64,000 bases of DNA from positions 1,364,001 through 1,428,000 of the forward strand of contig BROI01000003.1 of the NCBI GenBank assembly GCA_027923505.1, written 5' to 3'. This document shows positions 10,776 through 22,800 of this stretch, one piece after another. Each line of letters opens with the position of its first letter. Within the stretch, counting starts at the first letter, position 1. The DNA comes from Mayamaea pseudoterrestris (taxonomy: Eukaryota). Both the position numbers and the translations under genes were made by a program. A model generated the notes under the pieces. The model was not told the DNA's origin and did not search any database. It saw only the letters and a program-made list of their open reading frames with translations.

Positions 10776-12660
10776 TCAAGCCTGCTCCAGCAACGTACTC
10801 TTTACTCGATTCCATTCCGTTGGTGTCCAATGGCGTGCCAACTCGCCGTAAAACTTGGAAAGCGCGTTTTCGCTTGGAGTTTCCCACCCACGTATCAAGG
10901 CCGTTTCACTTCCAGTGTCCGCTGCAATGATAAAGTTGTCGAAAACGACGCGAGACATTGGACGCGGCAATGCTTCGCTTGATCCATCGTTCAATAAAAA
11001 CCCGTGCGAATGGAAGATCTTCTTCTTCTTATTGTAGTAGAGAACCAATACGTCGTACGTTCCAAGCAAACAACTCGTCGCAGCATACAAAATGACAATG
11101 GTAGGATCCTCTCCAATACAAATACCACTCTTCAGCTCGCGCCAGCTCTTGCAGTCGCTCACCGACACAATTTTTCGTCTTTGAAACAGACTCTTGACCA
11201 GCGTGCCGTCAAAGGTGTTCACTTGTACTTTAGGCATCGACTTATAATACCACCAATGTTTGGGCAAAAAGTAGTCGTCGGGTGAATTGGCGGCGCATCG
11301 CAGCACAAGCATAAAGACGAATCCAGTTGCCCAGCTGTCCGATCCATTTAACTCTGGAGAAAAGAATTGGTGAAGCAACACTACCAGTTCGTTTGCCACT
11401 GCTCGTTGCCAGCAATCGTCGAGATATCTGACATTGGCCAAAACATACTCCATCAATGCAAATAAAAGTCCGACCATTTGTGTCGATTGTAAGGTTCCAT
11501 CAAGCAGTGCAGTGATTTAAGTGCGAATTTTTCTTCCCCAGTAATGAATGATTCGAGTAGGTTGCTGAACGCCGCCGTCGGGTCGGCGGACGACTGAGCA
11601 TTGTAAGCATTCATGAGACCCTCCCTCCGCTCTGCCTGTTCCATTGCTCCGCCTCGGCGTTGATCGTACATGAGCGCAGGTATAAAGCCGCAACGTGCCG
11701 CTTCCCAGACATTGTTGAGTGACGGATTTACCCGTTGCGCCAACAAAAGGTTGTACACATGGGGCATTTCTTGTAGAATCAACTCATAATTTAAAGTCGT
11801 TATCACTTCCGAAGTAAACACTAGGCTTCGATTCCTTTGCGAGACAAAATTGTATCGGAGAAACCATCCAAAAGGTGTCGACGAAGAGATCATTTTATAT
11901 TCTTTCAAGGCAAGGCATTGATCCAATCCATCGAGAAGCAAAATGGCAGGGCGACTTCCTAGCCAAGCTTGAACCTGTGCCGGATTAAAAGTATATTGTT
12001 CTTGTAAAAATGATTCGAATGTTTCGGCTTTGTGTTCACTCTTGGCTGGATCGATGGTGGCTTCAAACATAATTCGTAAACAAAGTGCTTGAAGCGGATC
12101 CGCTTGCTCCTCAACTCGCACCATCGAGTAGCTACTGAAAGAGACGTATAGGACAGCCACTTCTTGGCCCAAAAATCGACGAAGTGTATGCGCAAGTTCG
12201 ACCAAACAGCGCGTCTTACCGCGACGACTACATCCGACCAACGCCACTGGAGCCACCCGACGCTCGCCGTCGTCGTACAGGTGAAACTGCTTGGCAATCG
12301 TTTGGGTAGCTTGTTCAATCCATCCAGCTTCGCAGATAAACTCTGGGCTGCGGTGCATCAATGGAAGAGGAACGTGATTTGGTTGCGGCAAGGTTGAAAA
12401 TTCAAATTGCTTGTTTGCCGCAGCCTCCCACGCAATGTCCTCTGATTCGCACAACTCCGTCGTTGCTTTTTGGATTATCATGTATGTCGCGTCAGTCCGC
12501 AAATTTTCAAAGTCATAAACCTCTTGACCAGCTTCATCTTTTACGCAAATGGCTTCATTGCGATTCAAAAAGAGATTGTAGCCGTCATTGCCGTGCAAAC
12601 GAGTGCGACAAAGTTCTTCGTGTGCTTCGCGTCGATATTTTATAGTCTTGGGTTGTGGTT

Positions 12661-12694
<34 letters not shown>

Positions 12695-12718
12695 AGCAAG
12701 AGTGTCGTCCATCTCCAT
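10776..12718 (-). pseudogene. P-loop NTPase with a Crinkler-like C-terminal region; frameshift at ~11455-11477
   Basis: Walker A-like GCSRRGKT, Walker B-like AILLLDGLD, N-terminal polyQ. Two overlapping ORFs (11453-12718 and 10776-11477) read as one protein. Confidence 0.6.
12664..12694 (-). repeat. (CAG)n microsatellite encoding polyQ
   Basis: Run of GCT triplets on the + strand, giving Q10. Confidence 0.9.
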
Positions 12719-13486
12719 CTTTTGCTTTCAATTAGCCGAGGAGGCGTTCTGTGAAACCCCAAAAAAATTTGGTTGACGACTCTCGCCAGATACTCTGAAC
12801 GAAAAACCACACGCACTATCAATTGAGAGGAGTCAAAATTGGCGTACAGAGCCCGACGTTCCAAAGTCGCTTCAAATGATTCAGTCTGCGAGTCATTGCT
12901 GGTTCTCGGCTGCTTGTTTATGTCGCCACGATGCCAACCAAGGACGGAGAATGATAGCTGGACTGCGCTTTGTGTCTCGTCTGCAGCAAACGCACCCGTC
13001 GTCCAGCAAAAACCAACTTGTAACGAGGCCCACTCGTCGTTTTTGCATCATGGTTGTCGCGTCGCTTCAGGTTTTATTGCAGCGCATCCTGCTCTCAATC
13101 ACCGTGCGACATTTAATTTTGCGGTCAAAGCGTAAACGCAAGGATAGTTTTGTTGTTTTGGAATTTATATGCATAACATGTTGTACCTTGTATATAGTGA
13201 GTCGACCTGCATTTTTATTAGCTGCGTCGGTTATTAGTCGAGGCCAAGGCGCACTTTAACGTAAAGTTCTTCACAGCCGAGAAAAACAACGAGCGACAAA
13301 TGCACAAAAGCCAATGTCCTTCCTTCCTTGCTAATTTGGCTGCTCCAGCGAGAAAGCTGTTGCTGGTGCTGATTGCTTTAGTTGATTGTCAAGTCGGTTC
13401 CGAAACCCTACATTATCAGGACCCTTCACTCCATCCAGCACGCTCAGGCCTCACGCAAACGCTGCCTGCCCATGCAAACATCATCA

Positions 13487-14668
13487 TCATCCGCAGTTAT
13501 CATCCGTAACGTGCGGTCGCTTTTTGACGCGCAATACTTCACGCACGTTGCCCAATCCCGTGTTGACGACATGCACCGTTTCCACCTGCAAACCATACTT
13601 GGAAGCGCACTCGCCAAACACATCGGTTCCGCCTCCGACACCAAAGTAGTAGCGCTTGGTGCTCACGTAGGCGGTTCCATCTGCGGACAAGTGTTGATCG
13701 ATTAGATAGGCGGTTTCTTGCGCCGCCTGCGGCGTGTAGAGTGTTTCGGCGGCCAAAATCATGTCGAACTGACCGTCGACTGGTAGTTTGGTGCTGCTGC
13801 TACAGCTAATCTTGCTGGTGTTACCGTTTATCGCTTCCTCTCCTGCTGCTTCACCATTTTCATCATTGTCAGTAGTCGCTGACTGTTTACTTTTCAATCG
13901 CAGCAGCTGCTCACTCATTTGCATCCAGTCGCCAGCTCCCAGCACAACGTTTTCCAAAACTGATTCCGATGCGAAACCGCAAAAGTTGACCACCAAGTTA
14001 CTTATCGTCACATCCTTGAGCACGTTGTCATTATAATCGACCAGCAAGACGACTTGCGGCTGGCACAACTGCATGACGTATATACTCGGCAAGGCGTGGC
14101 CGCAGCCAAGCTCCAAGACGCTCTGCACCCTCGGCATTATTTCCATGTTTTGTTGCAAATACTCCATCAAATCGTAGCTGCCTTCCCAGACGGTGGCGCC
14201 GCCCTCGTAGACGCCCGGAAGCAAGTCGCTCGGATGGTGACTGCGGAGTTTTAGTTTTTGTGGTGATGTTGTAGCAGCAGTAGAGGACGTAGTCGACGTT
14301 GTTGCTGTCTCTGCCTCGGCAGCATCAACAAGATCACGTTCATCATTATTATTGTTATCGACAAAAGACGTTTGGTCCACGTCGACGCGACGAATTATCG
14401 TTTCGCCGTAGACTAGTTCCTCGTGGACAATTTCCTCCCTGGCGCGCTCCGTCAGCAAGCGTTGCAGCAAGGACGTTTCAAAAAAATAAAAGGGTTTGCG
14501 AATCATGTTGGCATCAGAGTTGCTGCTTGCTGGCAGTTTCGTCATTTGATCGCTAGCTGCAGAATTATCAAGATTATTTTCAGACTCCACTTCCTTTTCT
14601 AATGGCGCCTTGAACTCGTCTTCGTCCTTGTCCTCCAAGACAAAGCCAAAGGTAAAGGCTGCCGCCAT
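13487..14668 (-). CDS. METTL18: Histidine protein methyltransferase 1 homolog (METTL18/Hpm1)
   Basis: DLLPGVYEGGATVWEGS, VLELGCGHALP (SAM motif I), FDMILAAETLY, KRYYFGVGGG. Confidence 0.9.
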   Translation of the reverse strand: MAAAFTFGFVLEDKDEDEFKAPLEKEVESENNLDNSAASDQMTKLPASSNSDANMIRKPFYFFETSLLQRLLTERAREEIVHEELVYGETIIRRVDVDQTSFVDNNNNDERDLVDAAEAETATTSTTSSTAATTSPQKLKLRSHHPSDLLPGVYEGGATVWEGSYDLMEYLQQNMEIMPRVQSVLELGCGHALPSIYVMQLCQPQVVLLVDYNDNVLKDVTISNLVVNFCGFASESVLENVVLGAGDWMQMSEQLLRLKSKQSATTDNDENGEAAGEEAINGNTSKISCSSSTKLPVDGQFDMILAAETLYTPQAAQETAYLIDQHLSADGTAYVSTKRYYFGVGGGTDVFGECASKYGLQVETVHVVNTGLGNVREVLRVKKRPHVTDDNCG

Positions 14669-15074
14669 GGTGCAAGACGAAAATCAATGGAACGAGTGGT
14701 GAATGTTGGAACATGAGGGCATATATATAAAAGTGACGCCACAATGACGTCAACTATCATTCTAACAGTAAGTGTAAAGTACACTAAATTCGCTTGACAA
14801 GGGTCGCAGCGGTTCTGATCTCGTCGTTCGAACGCCTTCCACCAAGCCTTCGGCCATCGATCAGCCATTATTTCATTTCCTGAGCTTTTAATTCTTTGAA
14901 AGGCTCTAATATCAAGGAGGATTAAAGAATCAATCTTACTCCCTTTTACTTTTTCATTCGCACGATACGCGCTGCAGAGCAATTCAAAAAGTCGTTCCAT
15001 TACGCGCTTCAATCCATCGTCATCAAATACATTATACAACAATCAGCTTTCACTTCACACACACACAATACAAC

Positions 15075-15947
15075 ATGGTCATTTTGAATGCCGCCATTCA
15101 GCACTTTGTCTTTGTCTACGGCTCGCTGCTGTGCCAGCAGTCGCGGGCCGTCACGGCTTCTTCACTGTCGGAAACGCCCGTGCTGCCCGTCCTGTGCACC
15201 GGCTTGCAGCGCGTCTGGGCCAAGCGATCGAAACGCGGCATGACGTCGCTCGGAGTACGAGTCGTAGAAGACAGTGATACAACATCGTCAAAGTTACCAT
15301 CTTGCGTGGGAGCCGTCGTTCCAATCTGGGGCAGCGACGCCTTAAGCAAGCTCGACGAGCGCGAACAAGGTTACGAGCGAGTGCCATTAACGCTCGAGCA
15401 GATTCGCATGGTTCCCTACCTTGATAAAGCGCAGTACTATACGTTCAATGACGAAAACAGCAAGTCGGCAAGTAACAAAATGAAGAGTAATGTAAACGAA
15501 ATCAGCAGCGCCGACGAAGATTGGTTGGACCAGTGGCTCGCACAAACGACTCGCAGTCAGCAAACGTCAATGTACGAAGCCACGCTGAAACCACGCGTCT
15601 GGACCTATCGTCCGTTGCGCGAACAATGGCCCGACGATAATTTTCCCATTGCGCAAACATATGTCGACACCATACTGCGCGGATGCTTGAGCTACGCGCC
15701 GGAAATGGCGCACGATTTCATCACGTCCACCGAGGGATGGGATGGTGGTGAAAGTAGTGACATGGATGGCGTCTCTACCGACACTACTACAGCTACTGCT
15801 GCACACTGGTATAACGATCGTCACGATCCCATTTACCCGCGGGGCGATCCCGAGTGGTCGCGCCGGCATGCAACGTCGCTGGACGACTTGCTCCAGCAGC
15901 ACTTGCCCGAGCAAATGAATCGGCGCGTCGTGCGACCGAAAGAATAG
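15075..15947 (+). CDS. Gamma-glutamylcyclotransferase-like protein
   Basis: N-terminal FVFVYGSLL motif, LDEREQGYER, PIAQTYVD. Confidence 0.75.
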   Translation: MVILNAAIQHFVFVYGSLLCQQSRAVTASSLSETPVLPVLCTGLQRVWAKRSKRGMTSLGVRVVEDSDTTSSKLPSCVGAVVPIWGSDALSKLDEREQGYERVPLTLEQIRMVPYLDKAQYYTFNDENSKSASNKMKSNVNEISSADEDWLDQWLAQTTRSQQTSMYEATLKPRVWTYRPLREQWPDDNFPIAQTYVDTILRGCLSYAPEMAHDFITSTEGWDGGESSDMDGVSTDTTTATAAHWYNDRHDPIYPRGDPEWSRRHATSLDDLLQQHLPEQMNRRVVRPKE

Positions 15948-16295
15948 AAGAGGACCCAATTGAATGAGACTCATTGGAGCAGTCTACTTTATGAGCTGGA
16001 TGTGTTGGGTGCTGCGATTGATGCGACTGAGTTTAGCAAGGTGTGTGCCGACCTGTAAATCATAACGGACTCACTGGGGCAGCTAGTAGTCGCAATCACA
16101 CTCTGCAATTAACAATTATAGAGCAACGCAAGGTTATTTACAAATGCAATATACGTGCGTAACTCTTCCTTCGAGCCAACCATGTGATGGTCTTGGCACG
16201 AATCAGGCGTTGCGCAACACTTTGCGCAAACATGGTACAGCAAGCGCACCTATATCTCAGTACATGCAGGGCCATCATGGCGGCAATCCACGCGC

Positions 16296-17318
16296 ATGGA
16301 GAAATCCATTCTCGAGACTGCAGTGGTAAAGATGGCATGGATTGCATCGACGACAACATGCTTGTCGCCTCTTCTTTCGTCTCCGTTTAGTCGAACATGC
16401 TTGAGGACGCAACTCATATTTGTGTTCGTAACAGTCGCCGTCGTACTGTTCAACTATGACTTTTTCGCAAGCAAGCTGCCGTTTGCAACCAAAAGAGAAT
16501 CTCCTTCGAGCAAGCAACATTCTACCGGCGCGTATTTCATGGCTCGATTTTCAAATGCAAGTATTTCACAAGCTCGTGACTTGCCGTACAAATGGGCCAA
16601 GGATCTGAATGGATCCATGCGATACGTTGGCGATGCGCAATTTGAAGTAGGTGCTGATTCGTTTGAAAAGCGCTATCGAACCTATGCGGGTTTTCGGCAG
16701 TGTTTGGGAAACAAGCATATCGTTCTCATTGGAGACTCTCGCGTCCGCTATCAGTACATGGGTCTCGCGAATTATCTAATGACTGGTGAATGGCTTCAAT
16801 GCAGAGATTATGAAAATGATACCAATACAACCAACGCGACAACATTATTCAGCAGCAGTTCCAATTGCTTCCTCATTGACCACGAGTATGGCAACAGAAC
16901 CGTGTCATGGAAGAAGTGGTATGCAAGGTCGTCCGAGTCGCTGCAGGATCAATGTGACTGCCATCGACCGACGCCGTTTCGGGTAAATACTACCTTTGAG
17001 AACCGATTCTTTGAAGTAGCCACGCAAAGCGGCCCGATTCGACTGACTTACCTACAGACCTTTTTGAATTCTGTAAAATTTCACCCCAATTTTCCGCCGC
17101 TGACGCCGTGGAGGAGCGACATGGTCAAAGGCAACATCAACACAACGGCATTTTCCTCTCGCTGTCAACCTGGCCTGTGTTGGGACGCTCCTGTATTGAC
17201 GCTGAGTACGAGAGAGGCTTTGCTCGAAATGTTCCCGAAGTTACACCCGACTCACGTCTTTGCCAACACGGGTTGGAAGCACAACAAAGGCAACACACCG
17301 CAACAGCTTGGTTGTACT
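16296..17318 (+). pseudogene. Type II membrane SGNH/PC-esterase-like protein, 3'-truncated at a copia junction
   Basis: N-terminal TM helix, CLGNKHIVLIGDSRVRYQY (GDS motif), HVFANTGW. Frame runs directly into internal copia sequence at ~17319. Confidence 0.65.
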
Positions 17319-19848
17319 AACTCATCGGACGCACGTTCGTAAGGGGAACACGAAAAACGGTTAGAAAATGCGAGCGACTGTATGCGAATATATCGAAGTA
17401 CGCGATAACGAGCTACTGAAACGACGAAAGGTTTCCCTAATCAAAATGGGAGAGGAGCCAGCGAAAGACTTAATAAGTTACAACGAACTGTCGGATTTAA
17501 TCGAACGACAGATGGACGAAGATATACGAAACGATCCGGCGACTCAGTGGGTATTCACGAAGGTAATCGGACACGAGCTTAATTTGAAACCGAACGATCC
17601 GACATGCCAAGGAAGTTCAAGTAACGTTCTCGTCGAATGGACTGACGGAACGACGACGTGGGAGCCTCTCGCGATCATGAAGAAGGACGATCCGATAACG
17701 ATCGCAGAGTATGGACTCAAGCACGGCTTACTCGACAAGCCAGGATGGAAGCAGCTGGAGCATTACACTCGGAAGCGAAAGAAGTTTCGACAGATGGTAA
17801 CAGCGGCGAAACGAAAATCGAAAGCAAACGGCGTACGCTACAAATTCGGCGTAAGGTTGCCGCGCAATTATAAAGATGCGAAAGCTCTCGACGAGATCAA
17901 CGGCAACACGCTGTGGACGGATGCGATTCGAACGGAATTAAATCAGATAAATGATTACGACACGTTCGCAGATCAAGGAGTCGGTAAGGTTATGCCGGCG
18001 CCGTGAAACGAATAAACGTGCACATGATATTCGATGTCAAGCACGATTTGCGACGGAAAGCACGACTCGTTGCAGGAGGACATATGACAGAGCCGCCGAA
18101 GGATTCAGTTTACCCGGGCGTTGTGTCATTGCGAAGTCTCAGACTGGTAGCGATGTTAGAGGAACTCAACGGTCTGGAACTGTGGGCAGCTGACGTCGGC
18201 AACGCATACTTGGAAGCGAAAACGAGAGAAGGTTTATATCGTGGCAGGTCCGGAGTTCGGGGAGCTCGAGGGTCACACGCTCACGATCGTGAAGGCATTA
18301 TACGGTCTTCGCACGTCAGCAGGCGCACGCTGGCACGAGCACTTTGCAGACACGCTCCGCGACATTGGCTTCATGCCGTGTATCGCAGAACCGGACGTGT
18401 GGATGCGCGATAAAGGCACGCACTACGAATACGTTTGTGTGTATGTCGACGATTTAGCGATAGCGATGAAGAACTGGAAGGAACTAACGGATCTTTTAAT
18501 TGAGAACTACAACTACAAGTTGAAGGGCGTCGGTCCATTGGCATATCATTTGGGCGCAGACGTTTGGCGAGACGACGACGGCGTACTCTGCTTCGGAGCG
18601 AAGAAGTACGTCACAAGACTACTAGCGAACTACAAAGAAATGTTCGGCGAGGAACCGCGACCGCAGACAAGTCCACTACGCGACGGCGATCATCCGGAAC
18701 TCGACGAAACGAAAGAACTTGACGACGACGGAATTGCGAAGTATCAATCGATAATTGGTGCGTTGCAATGGGCAGTAAGTTTATGTCGATTCGACATTCA
18801 CTGTGCTGTCATGACTATGGGGGAGATTCCGAGCTGCGCCACGAGCGGGGCACTTGGAACGGTTGAAGCATATTTGCGGATACTTACGAAGATACCCGGA
18901 TGGAGCGATTCGATTCAACGTTTCGATTCCAACGGACGAGCGATACGCGACAGTTGACAAGATGGATTGGGATTACAGTGTGTACGGCAAGATCTGCGAA
19001 GAGCTTCCGTGGAACATGCCCACGCCGCGCGGCAAGGCGGTGCGAATGTCAACGTTCGAAGATGCGAACCTGTACCACGATTACACGACGGGACGGGCAG
19101 CGATGGGCATGCTACACATGTTGAATGGAACAGTCGTTGATTGGTTTTCGAAACGCCAAGCGACGGTCGAGACGGCGACGTACGGCTCGGAGTTTGTAGC
19201 AGCGAGAGTGAGCACGGAGCAGATCATGGATCTTCGCTTCACGCTACGCATGTTGGGAGTTCCGCTCGACGGACCTTCATGGATGTTTGGAGACAACAAG
19301 TCGGTAACGCAAAGCAGCAACCTACCGCACTCTAGTCTGACGAAGCGACACAATGCACTGGCATTTCACCGTGTACGCGAAGCGATTGCGGCGGGAATTA
19401 TTAATTTCAACCACATCATGGGAACGACAAACCCGGCGGATGTACTTACCAAGTTTCTTCCACGGGCTACGGCAAGCAAGCACTTAAAGAACCTGCTCTT
19501 CAAGGAATCTAACTATTAGGTATGACTTGAGGGGAGTTGCAGGATGCGAACGAAAACAGCGAAAATCGGGCAAGTCACACCGAATGTCCGATAGGGTGAC
19601 ACAGCGGCACTCGCGGCTCACCACAGCCTCACGATCGCGTGATGCGTGGCAGCGACGGCTTCGAAGCGATTCAACAAGTATATTGCTGAAACTAGTGCGA
19701 TATAGAGTAGAAACAAGCAGACTTACTAAGCTTGAAGAGTTAAGAAAGCGATTTATTCGTCTCTCGTATTGTAGCAACTGCAAGCTTGGATTGGCCATCC
19801 AAGGACAGCTACAAGCGAAAGGTGCAACGATTTGATTTACAAGTTACA
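17319..19848 (+). mobile_element. 5'-truncated, frameshifted Ty1/copia (CoDi-like) copy with a chromodomain-like module, RT, RNase H and 3' LTR (19538-19848)
   Basis: LIGRTF start, NVLVEWTDGTTTWEPL, RKARLVAGGH, ADVGNAYLEA, KALYGLRTS, YVDD. 18427-19848 is nearly identical to 1-1421 (extra G at ~18820; AATCCG vs AACTGG). Confidence 0.95.
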
Positions 19849-22800
19849 AGAGACAAAACCCACTGTCATGCGCCAGCCTGTTCATGCCATTGAAAGTGAC
19901 CCACAGAGGGGCCTCCACGGCACCTGGCTTGCATGGTTAGATGCGCCATTGTGTGCTGAGTCCAGCCATATTGTTGAATTCATGAAACAGTTAATCAGGC
20001 AGCCCTGGTTTGCATTTCAATCTTTTCCTCAAGTGACAACCCCCACTGTCATGCGCCAGATTGTCATGCCATTGAAAGTGACCCACAGAGGGCCTCCATG
20101 GCACCTGTCTTGCATATATAGATGCGCCATTGTGTGCTGAGTCCAGCCATAATGTTGATTTCATGAAACGGTCGATCAGGCAGCCCTGGTTTGCATTTCA
20201 ATCTTTTCCTCAAGTGACAACCCCCTTTGTCATGCGCCAGACTGTCATGCCATTGAAAGTGACCCACAGAGGGCCTCCACGGCACCTGTCTTGCATGGTT
20301 AGATGCGCCATTGTGTGCTGAGTCCAGCCATATTGTTAAATTCATGAAGCTGTCAATCAGGCAGCCCTGGTTTTCATTTCAATCTTTTCCTCAAGTGACA
20401 ACACCCACTGTCATGTGCCAGACTGTCATGCCATGGAAAGTGACCCCCAGAGGGCCTCCACGGCACCTGTCTTGCATGGTTAGATGCGCCATTGTGTGCT
20501 GAGTCTAGCCATATTGTTGAATTCATGAAGCTGTCAATTAGGCAGCCCTGGTTTGCATTTCAATCTTTTCCTCAAGTGACAACCCCCGCTGTCATGCGCC
20601 AGACTGTCATGCCATTGAAAGTGACCCACAGAGGGGCTCCACCGCACCTGTCTTGCATGGTAAGTTGCGCCAATGTGTGCTGAGTCCAGCCATATTGTTG
20701 ATTTCATGAAACGGTCAATCATGCAGCCCTGGTTTGCATTTCAATCATTTCCTCAAGTGACAACACCCGCTGTCATGCGCCAGACTATCATGCCATTGAA
20801 AGTGACCTACAGAGGGGCCTCCACGGCACCTGGCTTGCATGGTTAGATGCGCCATTGTGTGCTGAGTCCAGCCATTTTGTTGAATTCATGAAACAGTTGA
20901 TCAGGCAGCCCTGGTTTGCATTTCAATCTTTTCCTCAAGTGACAACACCCACTGTCATGCATCAGACTGTCATGCCATTGAAAGTGACCCACAGAAGGCC
21001 TCCATGGCACCTGTCTTGCATGTTCAGATGCGCCACTGTGTGCTGAGTCCAGCCATATTGTTGATTTCATGAAACGGTCAATCAGGCAGCCCTGGTTTGC
21101 ATTTCAATCTTTTCCGCAAGTGACAACCCCCGCTGTCATGCGCAGACTGTCATGCCATTGAAAGTGACCCACAGAGGGCCTCCACGGCACCTGTCTTGCA
21201 TGGTTAGATGCGCCATTGTGTGCTGAGTCCAGCCATATTGTTGAATTCATGAAACGGTGGATCAGGCAGCCCTGGTTTGCATTTCAATCTTTTCCTCACG
21301 TGACAACACCCACGGTCATGCACCAGACTGTCATGCCATTGAAAGTGACCCACAGAGGTCCTCCATGGCACCTGTCTTGCATGGTTAGATGCGCCATTGT
21401 GTGCAGAGTCCAGCCATATTGTTGATTTCATGAAACGGTTGATCAGGCAGCCCTAGTTTGCATTTCAATCTTTTCCTCAAGTGACAATCCCTGCTGTCAT
21501 GCTCCAGACTGTCATGCCATAAAAGTGACCCACAGAGGGGCCTCCACAGCACCTGTCTTGCACGGTTAGATGCGCCATTGTGTGCTGAGTCCAGTCATAT
21601 TTGAATTCATGAAAGGGGTCAATCAGGCAGCCTTGGTTTGCATTTCAATCTTTTCCTCAAGTGACAACCCCCGCTGTCATGCGCAGACTGTCATGCCATT
21701 GAAAGTGACCCACAGAGGGGCCGCCACGGCACCTGTCTTGCATGGTTAGATGCGCCATTGTGTGCTGAGTCCAGCCATATTGTTGAATTCATGAAACAAT
21801 CAATCAGGCAGCCCTGGTTTGCATTTCAATCTTTTCCTCAAATGACAACACCCACTGTCATGCGCCAGACTGTCATGCCATTGAAAGTGACCCACAGAGG
21901 TTCTCCACGGCACCTGAATTGCATGGTTAGAAGCGCCATTGTGTGCTGAGTCCATCCATTTTGTTGAATTCATGAAACGGTTGATCAGGTAGCCCTGGTT
22001 TGCATTTCAATCTTTTCCTCAAGTGACAACCCCCGCTGTCATGCGCAGACTGTCATGCCATTGAAAGTGATCCACAGAGTGCCTCCACGGCACCTGTCTT
22101 GCATGGCTAGATGTGCCAATGTGTGCTGAGTCCAGCCATATTGTTGATTTCATGAAACGGTTGATCAGGCAGCCCTGGTTTGCATTTCAATCTTTTCCTC
22201 AAGTGACAACCCCCGCTGCCATGCGCCAGACTGTCATGCCATTGAAAGTGACCCACAGAGGGGCCTCCACGGCACCTGTCTTGCATGGTTAGATGCGCCA
22301 TTGTGTGCTGAGTCCAGCCATATTGTTGAATTCTGGAAACGGTTGATCAGGCAGCCCTAGTTTGCATTTCAATCTTTTCCTCAAGTGACAATCCCTGCTG
22401 TCATGCTCCAGACTGTCATGCCATAAAAGTGACCCACAGAGGGGCCTCCACGGCACCTGTTTTGCATGGCTAGATGTGCCAATGTGTGCTGAGTCCAGCC
22501 ATATTGTTGATTTCATGAAACGGTTGATCAGGCAGCCCTGGTTTGCATTTCAATCTTTTCCTCAAGTGACAACCCCCGCTGCCATGCGCCAGACTGTCAT
22601 GCCATTGAAAGTGACCCACAGAGGGGCCTCCACGGCACCTGTCTTGCATGGTTAGATGCGCCATTGTGTGCTGAGTCCAGCCATATTGTTGAATTCTGGA
22701 AACGGTTGATCAGGCAGCCCTGGTTTGCATTTCAATCTTTTCCTCAAGTGACAATGCCAGACTGTCATGCGCCAGACTGTCATGCCATAGAAAGTGACCC

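Noticed and set aside
14599..15042. 147-aa minus-strand ORF between METTL18 and the GGCT-like gene
   Set aside because: Non-ATG start, overlaps the METTL18 start out of frame, no recognisable family. It may be a gene relic, but I cannot support that.
1..19848. The two copia copies as ends of one giant element
   Set aside because: Both are 3' ends (RT-RH-PPT-LTR) with different downstream flanks, so they are independent insertions.
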